Shown one piece after another: positions 37,201 to 45,269 of a stretch of 64,000 nucleotides of DNA. Below the pieces are notes generated by a model that saw only the letters and a program-made list of their open reading frames with translations, had not been told where the DNA came from and did not search any database. The position numbers and the translations under genes were made by a program. The number at the start of each line of letters is the position of its first letter. Position 1 is the first letter of the stretch. The stretch comes from a virus (lineage: Duplodnaviria; Caudoviricetes). Where the stretch lies: positions 18,451 to 82,450 of IMG/VR virus record IMGVR_UViG_3300036805_000137. The stretch is one strand, 5' to 3'.

Positions 37201-39778
37201 CGCTGCGAGCGCTGAGCTTGATCGCAGACACGAACAGAGCAGCAAACGATCTTCACAAGATCAAACGAGTGAAATGTCCGATTCACCTACTCCGTGTACT
37301 AAGCAATCAACTTCACCCGCCGTTCACCCTCCTGTGACCGAAACGAGACCTGATCTTGTGACGGGTTCAAACCCGTCACACAACCCGTCACAAACCCGTC
37401 ACAAGATCAACATTCCTCCTACCAGTAGTAATACTCTTATTTTTGATCTATGTGACGGGTTGACGGGTTTTTCTAGCTATGGAGCTGTCATAAAAAATGA
37501 AGATCAATCTTCCTTAATGATCTCTGGGCAAATATATGGGGATATACCCGAGGTAACCCGTCACCCGTCACAGTCGATCATTTCAGAGGGGGTGACCTCG
37601 CGAAACGACTGTGACGGGTCATTTTCCCAACCAGTCACAGAGCCCGCGGCCAGCCCGGCGCCGGTCGTGACCTGCGAGCCGCTAGCCCAAATGGATGAGG
37701 CCAGCGCTACGGCGCGGCTAGTCGAGCTGCGAGCCCAGCGCACCCAGCTCAATAGGTTGATCAAGAAAACTAACGGGGCAGATCCCCTGCACGGCGTGTA
37801 CACGTACACGGTGGGCCAGCTGGCCGGCGAGATCAAGCAAGTCGAGGTGATGATCCGAGGCCACCGCGCGGCGACCAAGCGAGCGGCAGCGGTAGCGGAA
37901 GCCGGCGGTGATCTCCTAGAGCTCCCAGCGATCAAACTGCGGGGCCAGCCGGCCCGCTCGTGCTCCGTGGATGAGGCTGCCGCTGCGGTGCGAGCCACCA
38001 TGGCAGCCCGGGCTGGCCGCGTGACGGCCGATATCGAATCCAACGCCTACCCGATCGGGCACCCGGACTACGGCGTGCGCACGCTGCAGCTGGGCGATGC
38101 GCTCACCGGCACGGACTGGGATGTCACTGACCCGGTGCAGTTCGCCGTGTGCACCTTGCTCCTGAGCGAGGCAACCGAGATCGAGGCCTACTCCGCATCA
38201 GTCGAGATATCCAACCTGGCCTACATCGGCATGATCGATTACCGCAGCGGCTGGGCGCGAGCTCGCGATGTAGTGATCCAAGCCCAGTTGAACAACCCAG
38301 TGGGCACGCTGAGCTCGGACAGCGGCCTAAAACCGCAAGCGGAGCTGCACCTGCCGGATCCGGCCAGCCCGGCAGCCGATGCGCGCCGCGCCGCGCTGTT
38401 CAAAGCGGGCGGCTGGATCACTGACACCAAGATCAAAAACGCCGGCGGTAGTGAGGGTGGCGGCTGGGTAGCCCGCGAGCGCTCTGGTTGGGCCAACGCC
38501 GACCCCCGGTACCGCACCAGCATTGACTATGCCGTCTCTGACATCCATGACACAGCTGCGCTGGGTGAGGCCCTACCGATGCCGGCGCCAGGCGTCTACG
38601 CGCGGGAGGTGGCCGTACAGGCGGCTGTAGGGGCAGTTTCCTACGTGGGCATCGCGCTCGATCGCAGCCATATCGAGGCCAAGATCGCAGAGCACTCGCC
38701 AATGCGCCGCGCCGCTGCGGAGGAACTGGCCGCGATGGGCATCACCAACCCGGGCAGCAACGATCAGATAGCCGCGGTGTTGATGGCTCACGGCGCCCGG
38801 CTGCCCCGGGGGGAAAAATCAGGCAAGCCCGGCGTAGCAGCGGGTGTGCTGGAAAAACTACCGCGCAATCAGGGTGAGCAATTTACACCCATTGTGGAAG
38901 CGATACTACGATTTCGGCATCATCAGCGGATCCTGTCCACCTACCTGCGACCCTATTACCTGCTGTGCACCCATGGGGATGGACGGATGCGCAGCACCGT
39001 GTACACGCTGCAGGCTGATACCGGCCGCATGTCCTGTGTCCACGAGAATCTGACCAACATCCCGCGCATCGGCGGAATTCGAGAATCTTATGTCACTGAC
39101 CCGGGGGATCTGTTCGTAGATGCTGACCTTTCCGGGGTAGAGGTGGCCGTACTCGCCGCGCTATCACAGGATCCGGTATTGCTTGAGCTGGTTGCCTCTG
39201 GTCGGAAACTGCACAAAATCATTGCTGAAATGGTCTACGGAGCTGGTTACTCAGGCGAGGAATACACCTACGTCAAAAATGGTGTGTTCGCCAAACTCTA
39301 CGGCGCGGGCATCGCGCGCATTGCCGATACGGTCGGTTGCACTGAGCGGGAAGCTCAGATGATGGTGGATGCGCTCGATGAGCTAGCCCCGCACACCAAG
39401 CGATGGGGTTATGATCTGCGCAATAAGGCCAAGGCAGGCATGCAGCGGGTGCAATTGTATTCCGGCCGGGTGCTGCACCTGCCGTCCGCGACTCCGCACA
39501 AGATAGTGAATTACTATGTCCAAGGTACCGCGCGTGAGCTCTTGGTTGACGGGTTGCTGAGATGGCGCCAGACAAAGTGGGGCGACTACGGCATCATTGT
39601 GCCCGTGCATGATGAGATCCTGGCCACCGTGCCCGCGGTAGAGGCTGACGAGGCCATGGCTGCGTTGGGCCAGTGCATGGCCTCAGAGCTCTACGGCGTG
39701 CGCATCGGCGCCGAACCCAAGTGGATCAATCCCTCTGACCGCTGGCTGTCCAATGACCACCCACTAGCGAAAGGCTAA
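34259..39778 (+). CDS. Fused replicase: bifunctional primase-polymerase + D5/SF3 helicase + family A DNA polymerase
   Basis: N-terminal IDID...EILQRHHRYCVVWPS prim-pol; Walker A GETGRGKT (36032) and FIDE...LKQLTGG; exo DIESN; PolA motifs TGRMS, DADLSGVE, KNGVFAKLYGAG, VQGTA, VHDE. Confidence 0.9.
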   Translation: MAYGGYASFYVIAGWRCVLPVPVRSKTPPPTGYTGDHGTDVVAPEVLAKWERAHADDSIALRLPAGVICIDIDHYDKPKVLPDGTVTVVAKRGNDTIAEYEAKWGPLPPTWASTARGDPNTGAGPSRTLFYRVPPGRYATTLGDPRNGAVEILQRHHRYCVVWPSINPDANNAQYYWYGPGDLGEQRPPWIDELTLLPNAWVIGLAEGASAASAPAAPMAEGAALLAALLDDDRPPCADITNIALTAADELDHAAAGSRHDIATGRIFQLIRAAAFGHPGAGEVLADLRTRWDALTAGEHRADEFERMASSAACKAVTEVSATGCPVPVAYDPCLMGTVVAPPVPGRPSHTTGPDGELDDASDADVLDIPAPAPPIIWSRRALIGTGAFDPRGHLDQVLAAQALERIQPVLRFATDVGAWAVRGPYSWDMAPGDMADWALTELFDLMPHGDPDSESTEAQDRAARRKRFGQNSGSAGIASKLRALVRASGASSTVRLSDLDADPEIMWAGRLPWALRSCIERPALANLPADTPHLHSAGVAPSGLGIEHPTPAWDAFLAAVWPDPAIRQWALHVVSVALTGYSDAVMPLLWGETGRGKTAFTALVMSVLGSYAIAADPRLLTSAADNAHASIIYALRGVRLAFIDEGPRDAKWAVSKLKQLTGGARLTGNPMRGNPVNFDPSHTLMLTCNPEETPGFQDKALRRRLRLIPCEGEPDAVGRARAAITPAIWRAEAPGVLAKLMHATARWLDDPGVAAQWSAPEAIRFRAEDIANEEDQIRQWIDAEMEPCDHGTRVSDLLIWFIDWLRKVAPRANPPSATLFGRKLTELGYLALHQRDGKHRPLRRRQTNYGPDVPPPSAPGPGQPIHAPLPPMPPLTVIQYDQRNAAPRSTGPSADAAPTTAPDGGSARSSDNPGDLPTPPTETIMSSGAVVPREPTPVAETEPQTRNCAQANETASADPRSPGSDRICEKLGQTDGDGDLAASAELDRRHEQSSKRSSQDQTSEMSDSPTPCTKQSTSPAVHPPVTETRPDLVTGSNPSHNPSQTRHKINIPPTSSNTLIFDLCDGLTGFSSYGAVIKNEDQSSLMISGQIYGDIPEVTRHPSQSIISEGVTSRNDCDGSFSQPVTEPAASPAPVVTCEPLAQMDEASATARLVELRAQRTQLNRLIKKTNGADPLHGVYTYTVGQLAGEIKQVEVMIRGHRAATKRAAAVAEAGGDLLELPAIKLRGQPARSCSVDEAAAAVRATMAARAGRVTADIESNAYPIGHPDYGVRTLQLGDALTGTDWDVTDPVQFAVCTLLLSEATEIEAYSASVEISNLAYIGMIDYRSGWARARDVVIQAQLNNPVGTLSSDSGLKPQAELHLPDPASPAADARRAALFKAGGWITDTKIKNAGGSEGGGWVARERSGWANADPRYRTSIDYAVSDIHDTAALGEALPMPAPGVYAREVAVQAAVGAVSYVGIALDRSHIEAKIAEHSPMRRAAAEELAAMGITNPGSNDQIAAVLMAHGARLPRGEKSGKPGVAAGVLEKLPRNQGEQFTPIVEAILRFRHHQRILSTYLRPYYLLCTHGDGRMRSTVYTLQADTGRMSCVHENLTNIPRIGGIRESYVTDPGDLFVDADLSGVEVAVLAALSQDPVLLELVASGRKLHKIIAEMVYGAGYSGEEYTYVKNGVFAKLYGAGIARIADTVGCTEREAQMMVDALDELAPHTKRWGYDLRNKAKAGMQRVQLYSGRVLHLPSATPHKIVNYYVQGTARELLVDGLLRWRQTKWGDYGIIVPVHDEILATVPAVEADEAMAALGQCMASELYGVRIGAEPKWINPSDRWLSNDHPLAKG
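37357..37639. repeat. Iteron-like AACCCGTCACA repeats in both orientations around an AT-rich core (candidate origin)
   Basis: TGTGACGGGTT at 37357 and 37451; AACCCGTCACA at 37370, 37382, 37393; variants at 37461, 37555, 37565, 37610, 37629. Confidence 0.75.
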
Positions 39779-39782
39779 AGTA

Positions 39783-39881
39783 ATGGGCAGACGGCGTGCA
39801 TGGTATTGTGTTATCTGCGGTAAGAGCTGTACTACTCCCGCTAAACTAGAAGCGCATTACCGAAAAAAGCACGGGTGTTGA
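39783..39881 (+). CDS. 32-aa classical C2H2 zinc-finger microprotein
   Basis: MGRRRAWYCVICGKSCTTPAKLEAHYRKKHGC fills the gap between the replicase stop and ATG39883. Confidence 0.7.
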   Translation: MGRRRAWYCVICGKSCTTPAKLEAHYRKKHGC

Positions 39882-39882
39882 T

Positions 39883-40350
39883 ATGACTGTTACTATCCAG
39901 CTGTGTGGTGGCCCGGCAGAGGGTTTTACAGTTGAGCTGCGCGAGCGGCCGATCCAATGGCGGGTACCTGTAGCGCGCCCTTACCCGCGTTTCTGGGAGC
40001 TAGACAATGATCCATCCAGACTACTAGAGCCTTTTGATGTGGTTTTGTACTTGGATACTAACATACGCACTCAGGAAGGATACATCTTGTATGCCACGGC
40101 CGGGTTATTCGAGCAATTGCGTATGGCAGTACGACATCAGGCACGATTCTTGGCAGATTTAGTCCGTAGTCCTCCTAATCTAGAACCGGGATTGGAGCCG
40201 ATCACTGCCGAAGCAGCGCCGTTGCGACCGGGATGGTTAGCTAAGGCAGAGATGTCCGGCAAGTCGGAATACCCGTTTGATGCGATTAAGCGTGAGGACA
40301 CTGAGCGGCTGATAGCGCAAATTGATGAGGTGACCGATGCTGGCGCTTAA
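39883..40350 (+). CDS. Hypothetical protein
   Basis: LCGGPAEG start, common in phage proteins. Confidence 0.65.
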   Translation: MTVTIQLCGGPAEGFTVELRERPIQWRVPVARPYPRFWELDNDPSRLLEPFDVVLYLDTNIRTQEGYILYATAGLFEQLRMAVRHQARFLADLVRSPPNLEPGLEPITAEAAPLRPGWLAKAEMSGKSEYPFDAIKREDTERLIAQIDEVTDAGA

Positions 40351-40714
40351 CCAGCTGCAGATACTACTGCTCACAGCATCCAACCAGCTCAAAGAGATCA
40401 GGCAATCTGCCGGGCTGTCCGCTACGGCTACGCATGGGGAAGTGCTAGAATTGATGCGGCTGTTCCGGGATATGCCCCGCGGCGAGTTAGGAGACAAATC
40501 AGTAATGGAACCCACTGCATTGCAATTTGTGTTGGTAGAGCATTTGGCTAATTCGGCTATGGGTCAGCTCAATGAGATCCGGCAGGTACTGGGTTTACCA
40601 ACAGATACCTCGCATGCAGCATTGATGAATACGTTACGTGACATGCTACGCGGTGAGCAGACCGATGCAGCGGAGACGGTACAGCGCCCGGGAAAGGGTG
40701 ATCCCCGCCACTGA
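40337..40714 (+). CDS. Hypothetical protein with an internal repeat
   Basis: Two copies of NQLxEIRQxxGL...TH..L. Confidence 0.65.
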   Translation: MLALNQLQILLLTASNQLKEIRQSAGLSATATHGEVLELMRLFRDMPRGELGDKSVMEPTALQFVLVEHLANSAMGQLNEIRQVLGLPTDTSHAALMNTLRDMLRGEQTDAAETVQRPGKGDPRH

Positions 40715-40860
40715 GGGGGGTTTCAATGGCGGGGACCGTTGCGGGGTCTAAGTCGTGCACCGATCGGGGTAGGTGGTCAACCAGAGCTCGCAACACCGAT
40801 TGTATCCCAGCTTACCGAGAGCTAACCAGTGCGGGCTAGAACTTTACCGTCTGTTGTGGG

Positions 40861-41586
40861 TTGATTGGCTACGTGCCTGCTCGATGCTGCATCGCATGTA
40901 CGCGTCCAGCTGGTGACGGCATGACGTTGTGCCAGTTCTGCGGGGATCGGCTCGCTGACCACCTGATTGCAGTGCCTGATCTGCATCATGAGCTCGCGCT
41001 GACCCATGCCCGCTGGGATGTCCTGAGCGTGTCTGCCGGCCGCGGCGGTGAGCAGGGCCTGCCGTTCGCGAGCGGAGCGACGGAGGCCAGCACGGAGATG
41101 GTGGCTGCGGTGGTGCACTGGGCGCAGCAAGTGGCCCGTGCTAGGGCGAGTATCTGGGAGATCCCCAACACACTGGTTGAGGTGGCGGGCTGGCTGGCCA
41201 ATCGGCTGGACTGGTTGCGCGCGCTGGTATCCGCGGGGGATGCCTACAGCCAAATTGACCGGGCAGTGTGTCGAGCTCGCAGTGTGATAGATCTGCCCCC
41301 GCACCGCACCCGTTTTCCGGTAGGTCCGTGCCCGGAAATCATCGAGGCCCGCTACTGCGCTTTTCAGGTAGTGGCCTACGTCCCGGTACGGGTCGGCATT
41401 GAGCCGGCGGTGATGCGCTGCCGCAACCCAGACTGCCGCCGGCACCACGAGCCGTGGCCTACCGAATCCTGGCGCAGCGCGGGCGAGCGGATCAACCGGC
41501 TACGGGAACACCTCAAACGCCGGGCGCTCGTTACCCGCACCAGTGGAGACTACAAAGGACGCGGCGCGGCTGTCTGGAGTACCTGA
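40861..41586 (+). CDS. Zinc-finger protein typical of actinophage late-gene neighbourhoods
   Basis: CxxC...LCQFC.DRL...L..VPDL; C-terminal GPCP...C...C...C. Confidence 0.7.
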   Translation: MIGYVPARCCIACTRPAGDGMTLCQFCGDRLADHLIAVPDLHHELALTHARWDVLSVSAGRGGEQGLPFASGATEASTEMVAAVVHWAQQVARARASIWEIPNTLVEVAGWLANRLDWLRALVSAGDAYSQIDRAVCRARSVIDLPPHRTRFPVGPCPEIIEARYCAFQVVAYVPVRVGIEPAVMRCRNPDCRRHHEPWPTESWRSAGERINRLREHLKRRALVTRTSGDYKGRGAAVWST

Positions 41587-41734
41587 GCGCACCATCCGAT
41601 CATGGATAGCTGCCGGCCGGCTCACCGCTGCGCAACGCGGCCGGGCCTGGCTGGTCGATCCCCTAGAAGTCTCTGAGCTCGCCAGCTTGCGTGGCCCGGA
41701 TGGTCGGCTGCCGCGCACACGCAGGCGGTGCTGA
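41543..41734 (+). CDS. Excisionase-like HTH DNA-binding domain
   Basis: TKDAARLSGVPERTIRSWIAAGRL. Confidence 0.7.
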   Translation: METTKDAARLSGVPERTIRSWIAAGRLTAAQRGRAWLVDPLEVSELASLRGPDGRLPRTRRRC

Positions 41735-41866
41735 CCCCTTGCTACCGGCGGGTTACTTGCCGCACTATGGCTTTATCGTGCCAGTGTTGTCCCTGGCGCC
41801 ATCCCAGATGATCACGTAGTGGGCTGTAGTGCCCCTCTGACCTGCGATGTAACGGGGTGTAGCACG

Positions 41867-42022
41867 ATGGACCCCCGGCTGATACTGCGTACCCAGACAT
41901 CGCTGGCCCGCGGGACAACCCAGATGATGATCTTAACTGCGCTGTTGGCGACTGCCGCGGTGCTCTTGGTAATGATGCTGGTAGGTGCTCTCTACGTACT
42001 CTCGATCTTGATTTCGGGCTGA
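41867..42022 (+). CDS. Small membrane protein
   Basis: Long hydrophobic C-terminal half. Confidence 0.5.
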   Translation: MDPRLILRTQTSLARGTTQMMILTALLATAAVLLVMMLVGALYVLSILISG

Positions 42023-42424
42023 GATTCACTCGAAAGAGTCAAGGGGTGAGTGGCCACCTGGCCACATATAAGGCGGATGCGCCACGCCGCTAACCAACGG
42101 CTCGCGTCTGGCGATACAACCGGCGACCACCCAAAGATCTAGCGAGGGAGTCGCTATGCAGGTTTCCGAGATTTTCAGCTCAGGCACCCGGGTCACTGGC
42201 CGGGGTGACCACGGTGATCATGACCGTGACCAGCACGGGTACGAGCACCGCCGGCACCGCGGGCACTGGGAGCGCCAGTGGTGTGGCCCGCGCTACGGCT
42301 GGCAGTCGCGGTGGTGCGATGACGACTGACCCTCACGCACGGTAGGTGACCAGAGCGTAACCCGCTGCCAAGTTGGATCGTTGACAGCGGGTTACTGCCA
42401 CCTACCGAGGGGAGCATCGATCTC

Positions 42425-43435
42425 GTGCGCCGCGCATGGCTGGCCGGCTCGCTGCCGGGTACAACTGCAGAGGAATCAATCGATCTGGCCCTTTCCACTC
42501 TGGGGCCTTATCTTTTGTTCCTCCCCTGCCCATTTACCGGGAGACCGAACTGGGCGGCTAGTGTTACTGAGGAACTGGCGAAACAAACCGATCTGTTCTC
42601 GATTGTACGCCAGGGCACAAACACGGATTACAATGACCTGACCGTGCTCGCACCTAGAGGCGATTTGAGTAATCTCGATCTAGGTTACTATGATATCTAC
42701 CGCGCCGAAAGCGAGATAGCACAGCGGTTGATCAAATCCTATGGTGTGGCGCTGACAACTCAGGTAGGTATTGCCAGTCCGTTTGACCAATCCATGATTA
42801 CCGTGGGTCCGGGCCGGCATCTGCGACATTACAAATCATTTATTAGAGCCACCGTGCGTGACGTCATGAAGATCTATACGCATGATGAAAGCGTGGTGTT
42901 CTCGATCGAGGCACCCTACGAGCTCATCGGTGCACTGAAATCCCCTGGCATGGCACGCTCACTGGTCATCCGCAAAATGGTTGCCCACGTGGTTGATTTC
43001 GTCAAACAGTGCCCGCAAGGTATGCGCATCGGTATTCACCCGTGCTTGGGCGATCTCAACCACAAGTCCAAGGCGAATCTGTCGCAACTGGCGCCGTTGG
43101 TGGATTGGGTCAATGAGCTCTGTGACACCTGGCCGCGGGGGTATACCCTGGCCTACGTGCATTTGCCGCTGTGTGAGGGCGCCCGGCCGCCAGTTGTTGA
43201 CCCGGGCTGGTACACCGATCTGAAACGGCTACGCGTGCCAGCGGGTGTGCGGGTGGTGCTGGGATGCTGCCACGAGCACGTCACTACCAATCAGTTGCGG
43301 CCGATTGTAGGGCTAGCTGACAGCCTCCTGGCCCGCACGGTGGACGTGGGGGCATCATGCGGCCTGGCCCGCGGGCGCTCCATGGATGACGTGTACACGG
43401 TGCTGCACCAGCAAGCGGAGCTGTGCCATGGCTGA
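42425..43435 (+). CDS. Cobalamin-independent methionine synthase (MetE/UROD)-like protein
   Basis: LAGSLPG start, HPCLGD (HxC), YVHLPL, VLGCCHE, ASCGLARG. Confidence 0.65.
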   Translation: MRRAWLAGSLPGTTAEESIDLALSTLGPYLLFLPCPFTGRPNWAASVTEELAKQTDLFSIVRQGTNTDYNDLTVLAPRGDLSNLDLGYYDIYRAESEIAQRLIKSYGVALTTQVGIASPFDQSMITVGPGRHLRHYKSFIRATVRDVMKIYTHDESVVFSIEAPYELIGALKSPGMARSLVIRKMVAHVVDFVKQCPQGMRIGIHPCLGDLNHKSKANLSQLAPLVDWVNELCDTWPRGYTLAYVHLPLCEGARPPVVDPGWYTDLKRLRVPAGVRVVLGCCHEHVTTNQLRPIVGLADSLLARTVDVGASCGLARGRSMDDVYTVLHQQAELCHG

Positions 43436-43640
43436 TCATCCTGTAGGAAAAACAACGCGCCAGGCGCGAATGAGCCCTGATGGTTTCGTGGCCCAACACT
43501 TCCCCGAATGCAATTTCAACGATCAGGGCCACTGGATACTCACGTACTGGACAGCTGACAGCGGATTGACGGTGCAAGTATTTTCGGACGAACAGGTAGC
43601 CGACTGGTTGCCATTATCACTGACGGCAAGGGAAGAGTAA
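43428..43640 (+). CDS. Hypothetical protein
   Basis: Overlapping start, in operon. Confidence 0.55.
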   Translation: MADHPVGKTTRQARMSPDGFVAQHFPECNFNDQGHWILTYWTADSGLTVQVFSDEQVADWLPLSLTAREE

Positions 43641-43966
43641 TGGCTATGCGTGTATCGATTGATGGCAGCTTTAACGGCCAGCACACGTTAGCGGACCTCT
43701 ATGACTTCTTAGCCACCTGTGAGCGCGTGGGAATGCCCCGTGATGCCAAGCTGTCTGCCAAGACAAAAATTCTTGGTACCGGCCCGCTGAAAACGGTCAC
43801 CGCGGTTTGGGATACCAGCGCACCCAGCGCAGCGCTGCCGGTACAACCGCAGTCCAGTGCCAGCGATAAGCCCTACATCCCGGGCCTGGCTGAGGACACG
43901 CACCCGACCACACCCATGGTTGCTGTGCCCCCGCCAGTGGGGCCGCCAGACACCACCACGGCCTAG
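43640..43966 (+). CDS. Hypothetical protein
   Basis: TAATG coupling. Confidence 0.6.
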   Translation: MAMRVSIDGSFNGQHTLADLYDFLATCERVGMPRDAKLSAKTKILGTGPLKTVTAVWDTSAPSAALPVQPQSSASDKPYIPGLAEDTHPTTPMVAVPPPVGPPDTTTA

Positions 43967-44253
43967 CTGGGGATCCAACGGACCACGAGCTCAGTACCGT
44001 TGGCGGTCGCCCAGCTCTCCGCTGCACCCTGACGAACGTAGGTGCGCTTAGCGTCTGTCACGGGGTAGCGGCCGGTACCCGTCCACGTGAACACGCCCCA
44101 CAGACCGTGGTCTGTGTAGACCTTGCCTCCGCAGTGGCGGCATTTGCCTGTTGCTGGGCCTTTGCCATCACCCTTGGTGCACCGTGGCGAGATATCCAGT
44201 GAGCAAAAGTGCCGGGTGGCGGTGCGGGTGGCGGCTTGCGCGGCTGCGGTCAT
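43963..44253 (-). CDS. Small zinc-binding protein, probably leaderless
   Basis: CRHCGG; ATG lies 6 nt after the -10 box. Confidence 0.65.
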   Translation of the reverse strand: MTAAAQAATRTATRHFCSLDISPRCTKGDGKGPATGKCRHCGGKVYTDHGLWGVFTWTGTGRYPVTDAKRTYVRQGAAESWATANGTELVVRWIPS

Positions 44254-44259
44254 GATCTA

Positions 44260-44288
44260 AGGATATGCCCGCACGCGTACCATGTCAA
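44260..44288 (-). promoter_or_regulatory. Promoter (TTGACATGGT family)
   Basis: TTGACA-17-TATCCT. Confidence 0.7.
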
Positions 44289-44701
44289 GGCTTTATGTCA
44301 GGTATGAGGGGGTGATCTGGGTGCTCGCTATCGGGCGCGTGTTCAGCCCTACCGCCGGCCACAAGGGATCCGCTTACCGGCGGGCGCGCGCTGCTTGCCT
44401 GGCTGCCGGTGAGGCCGGCGGTACACCCTGCTACGGCTGCCGCCAACCGATCAACTACGCGTTGGGCAGGATCGCGCCGCGGCACCGGATGGCCCCGACC
44501 GCGCACCACATCACAGAGCTGTGGATGGGCGGTCACCCGCTCGATCCGGCCAACCTCGCGCCGTGCCACTACGGCTGCAACGCCCGGCTGTCCAATCAGC
44601 TGCGCCGCGCCGTGCGCCGCGGTGTCCGGCAGAACACTGCAACTGGCCTAACGGGCATTGCCGCTGCACTATCGGACCCGATCACCTCGCGGCAGTGGTG
44701 A
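44282..44701 (+). CDS. HNH endonuclease of the packaging-associated type (true start probably near 44330)
   Basis: YRRARA...CYGC..PI...TAHHI...GG...DPANLAPCHYGCN. Confidence 0.85.
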   Translation: MSRLYVRYEGVIWVLAIGRVFSPTAGHKGSAYRRARAACLAAGEAGGTPCYGCRQPINYALGRIAPRHRMAPTAHHITELWMGGHPLDPANLAPCHYGCNARLSNQLRRAVRRGVRQNTATGLTGIAAALSDPITSRQW

Positions 44702-44724
44702 TCACTCTAAAAAGGCGGTGAGCT

Positions 44725-45030
44725 ATGCCGTACTCGATCAGCCAAGGTGGCGGCACGTGCGGGGATAGTCAGTGGGCTGTCCTCGCGGAAGGTGGCGCCA
44801 CGATGGGCTGTCACGCCACCAAGAGTGAGGCTCAACAGCAACTGGCAGCCCTCTACGCCAATGACGCGGATGAGGCCAGCGGGCAGACCACCGCGGCCGA
44901 TGAGACCCCGCACGCGCCGCGTGGGCGCATGATGGGCTTGCGCCATGTCGCTGCAGAGCACACTGACCCGCACATCGCGGTTGCTCCACCGCCGGCCACC
45001 CGCGACCACCGCAGCCCGTACCACGGATAG
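44725..45030 (+). CDS. Protein with an MPYxI...WAV...GCH...A..Q.AALYA domain
   Basis: Pattern often seen at the N-terminus of actinophage head-assembly proteins. Confidence 0.6.
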   Translation: MPYSISQGGGTCGDSQWAVLAEGGATMGCHATKSEAQQQLAALYANDADEASGQTTAADETPHAPRGRMMGLRHVAAEHTDPHIAVAPPPATRDHRSPYHG

Positions 45031-45041
45031 GATCTAAGGCC

Positions 45042-45269
45042 ATGGCATTGGACATCACCGGACGGCACCCAGCCACCCAGGCAGCATTGCGGAGGCTAGA
45101 GCCTAACCCGAAGTTATCGGCTATCCCCCGTGATGTTGCCGATAAATACTACACGCTGGGCCTCTGGCTGGTAGAGGTATTGCCTGATGATCCTGACCTC
45201 GCGGACGGTTTACGCAAATTGTGGGAATCCAAGAATTGCGCAGTTTATTTGTCAGTTCGGGGCAGCTGA
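45042..45269 (+). CDS. Small helical-hairpin protein
   Basis: RHPAT...LPDDP..ADGLRKLWESKNCAV. Confidence 0.7.
   Translation: MALDITGRHPATQAALRRLEPNPKLSAIPRDVADKYYTLGLWLVEVLPDDPDLADGLRKLWESKNCAVYLSVRGS

Noticed and set aside
36800-37700. Intein in the replicase linker
   Set aside because: No Cys/Ser-start and His-Asn-end splicing motifs or LAGLIDADG blocks; sequence is low-complexity and repeat-derived
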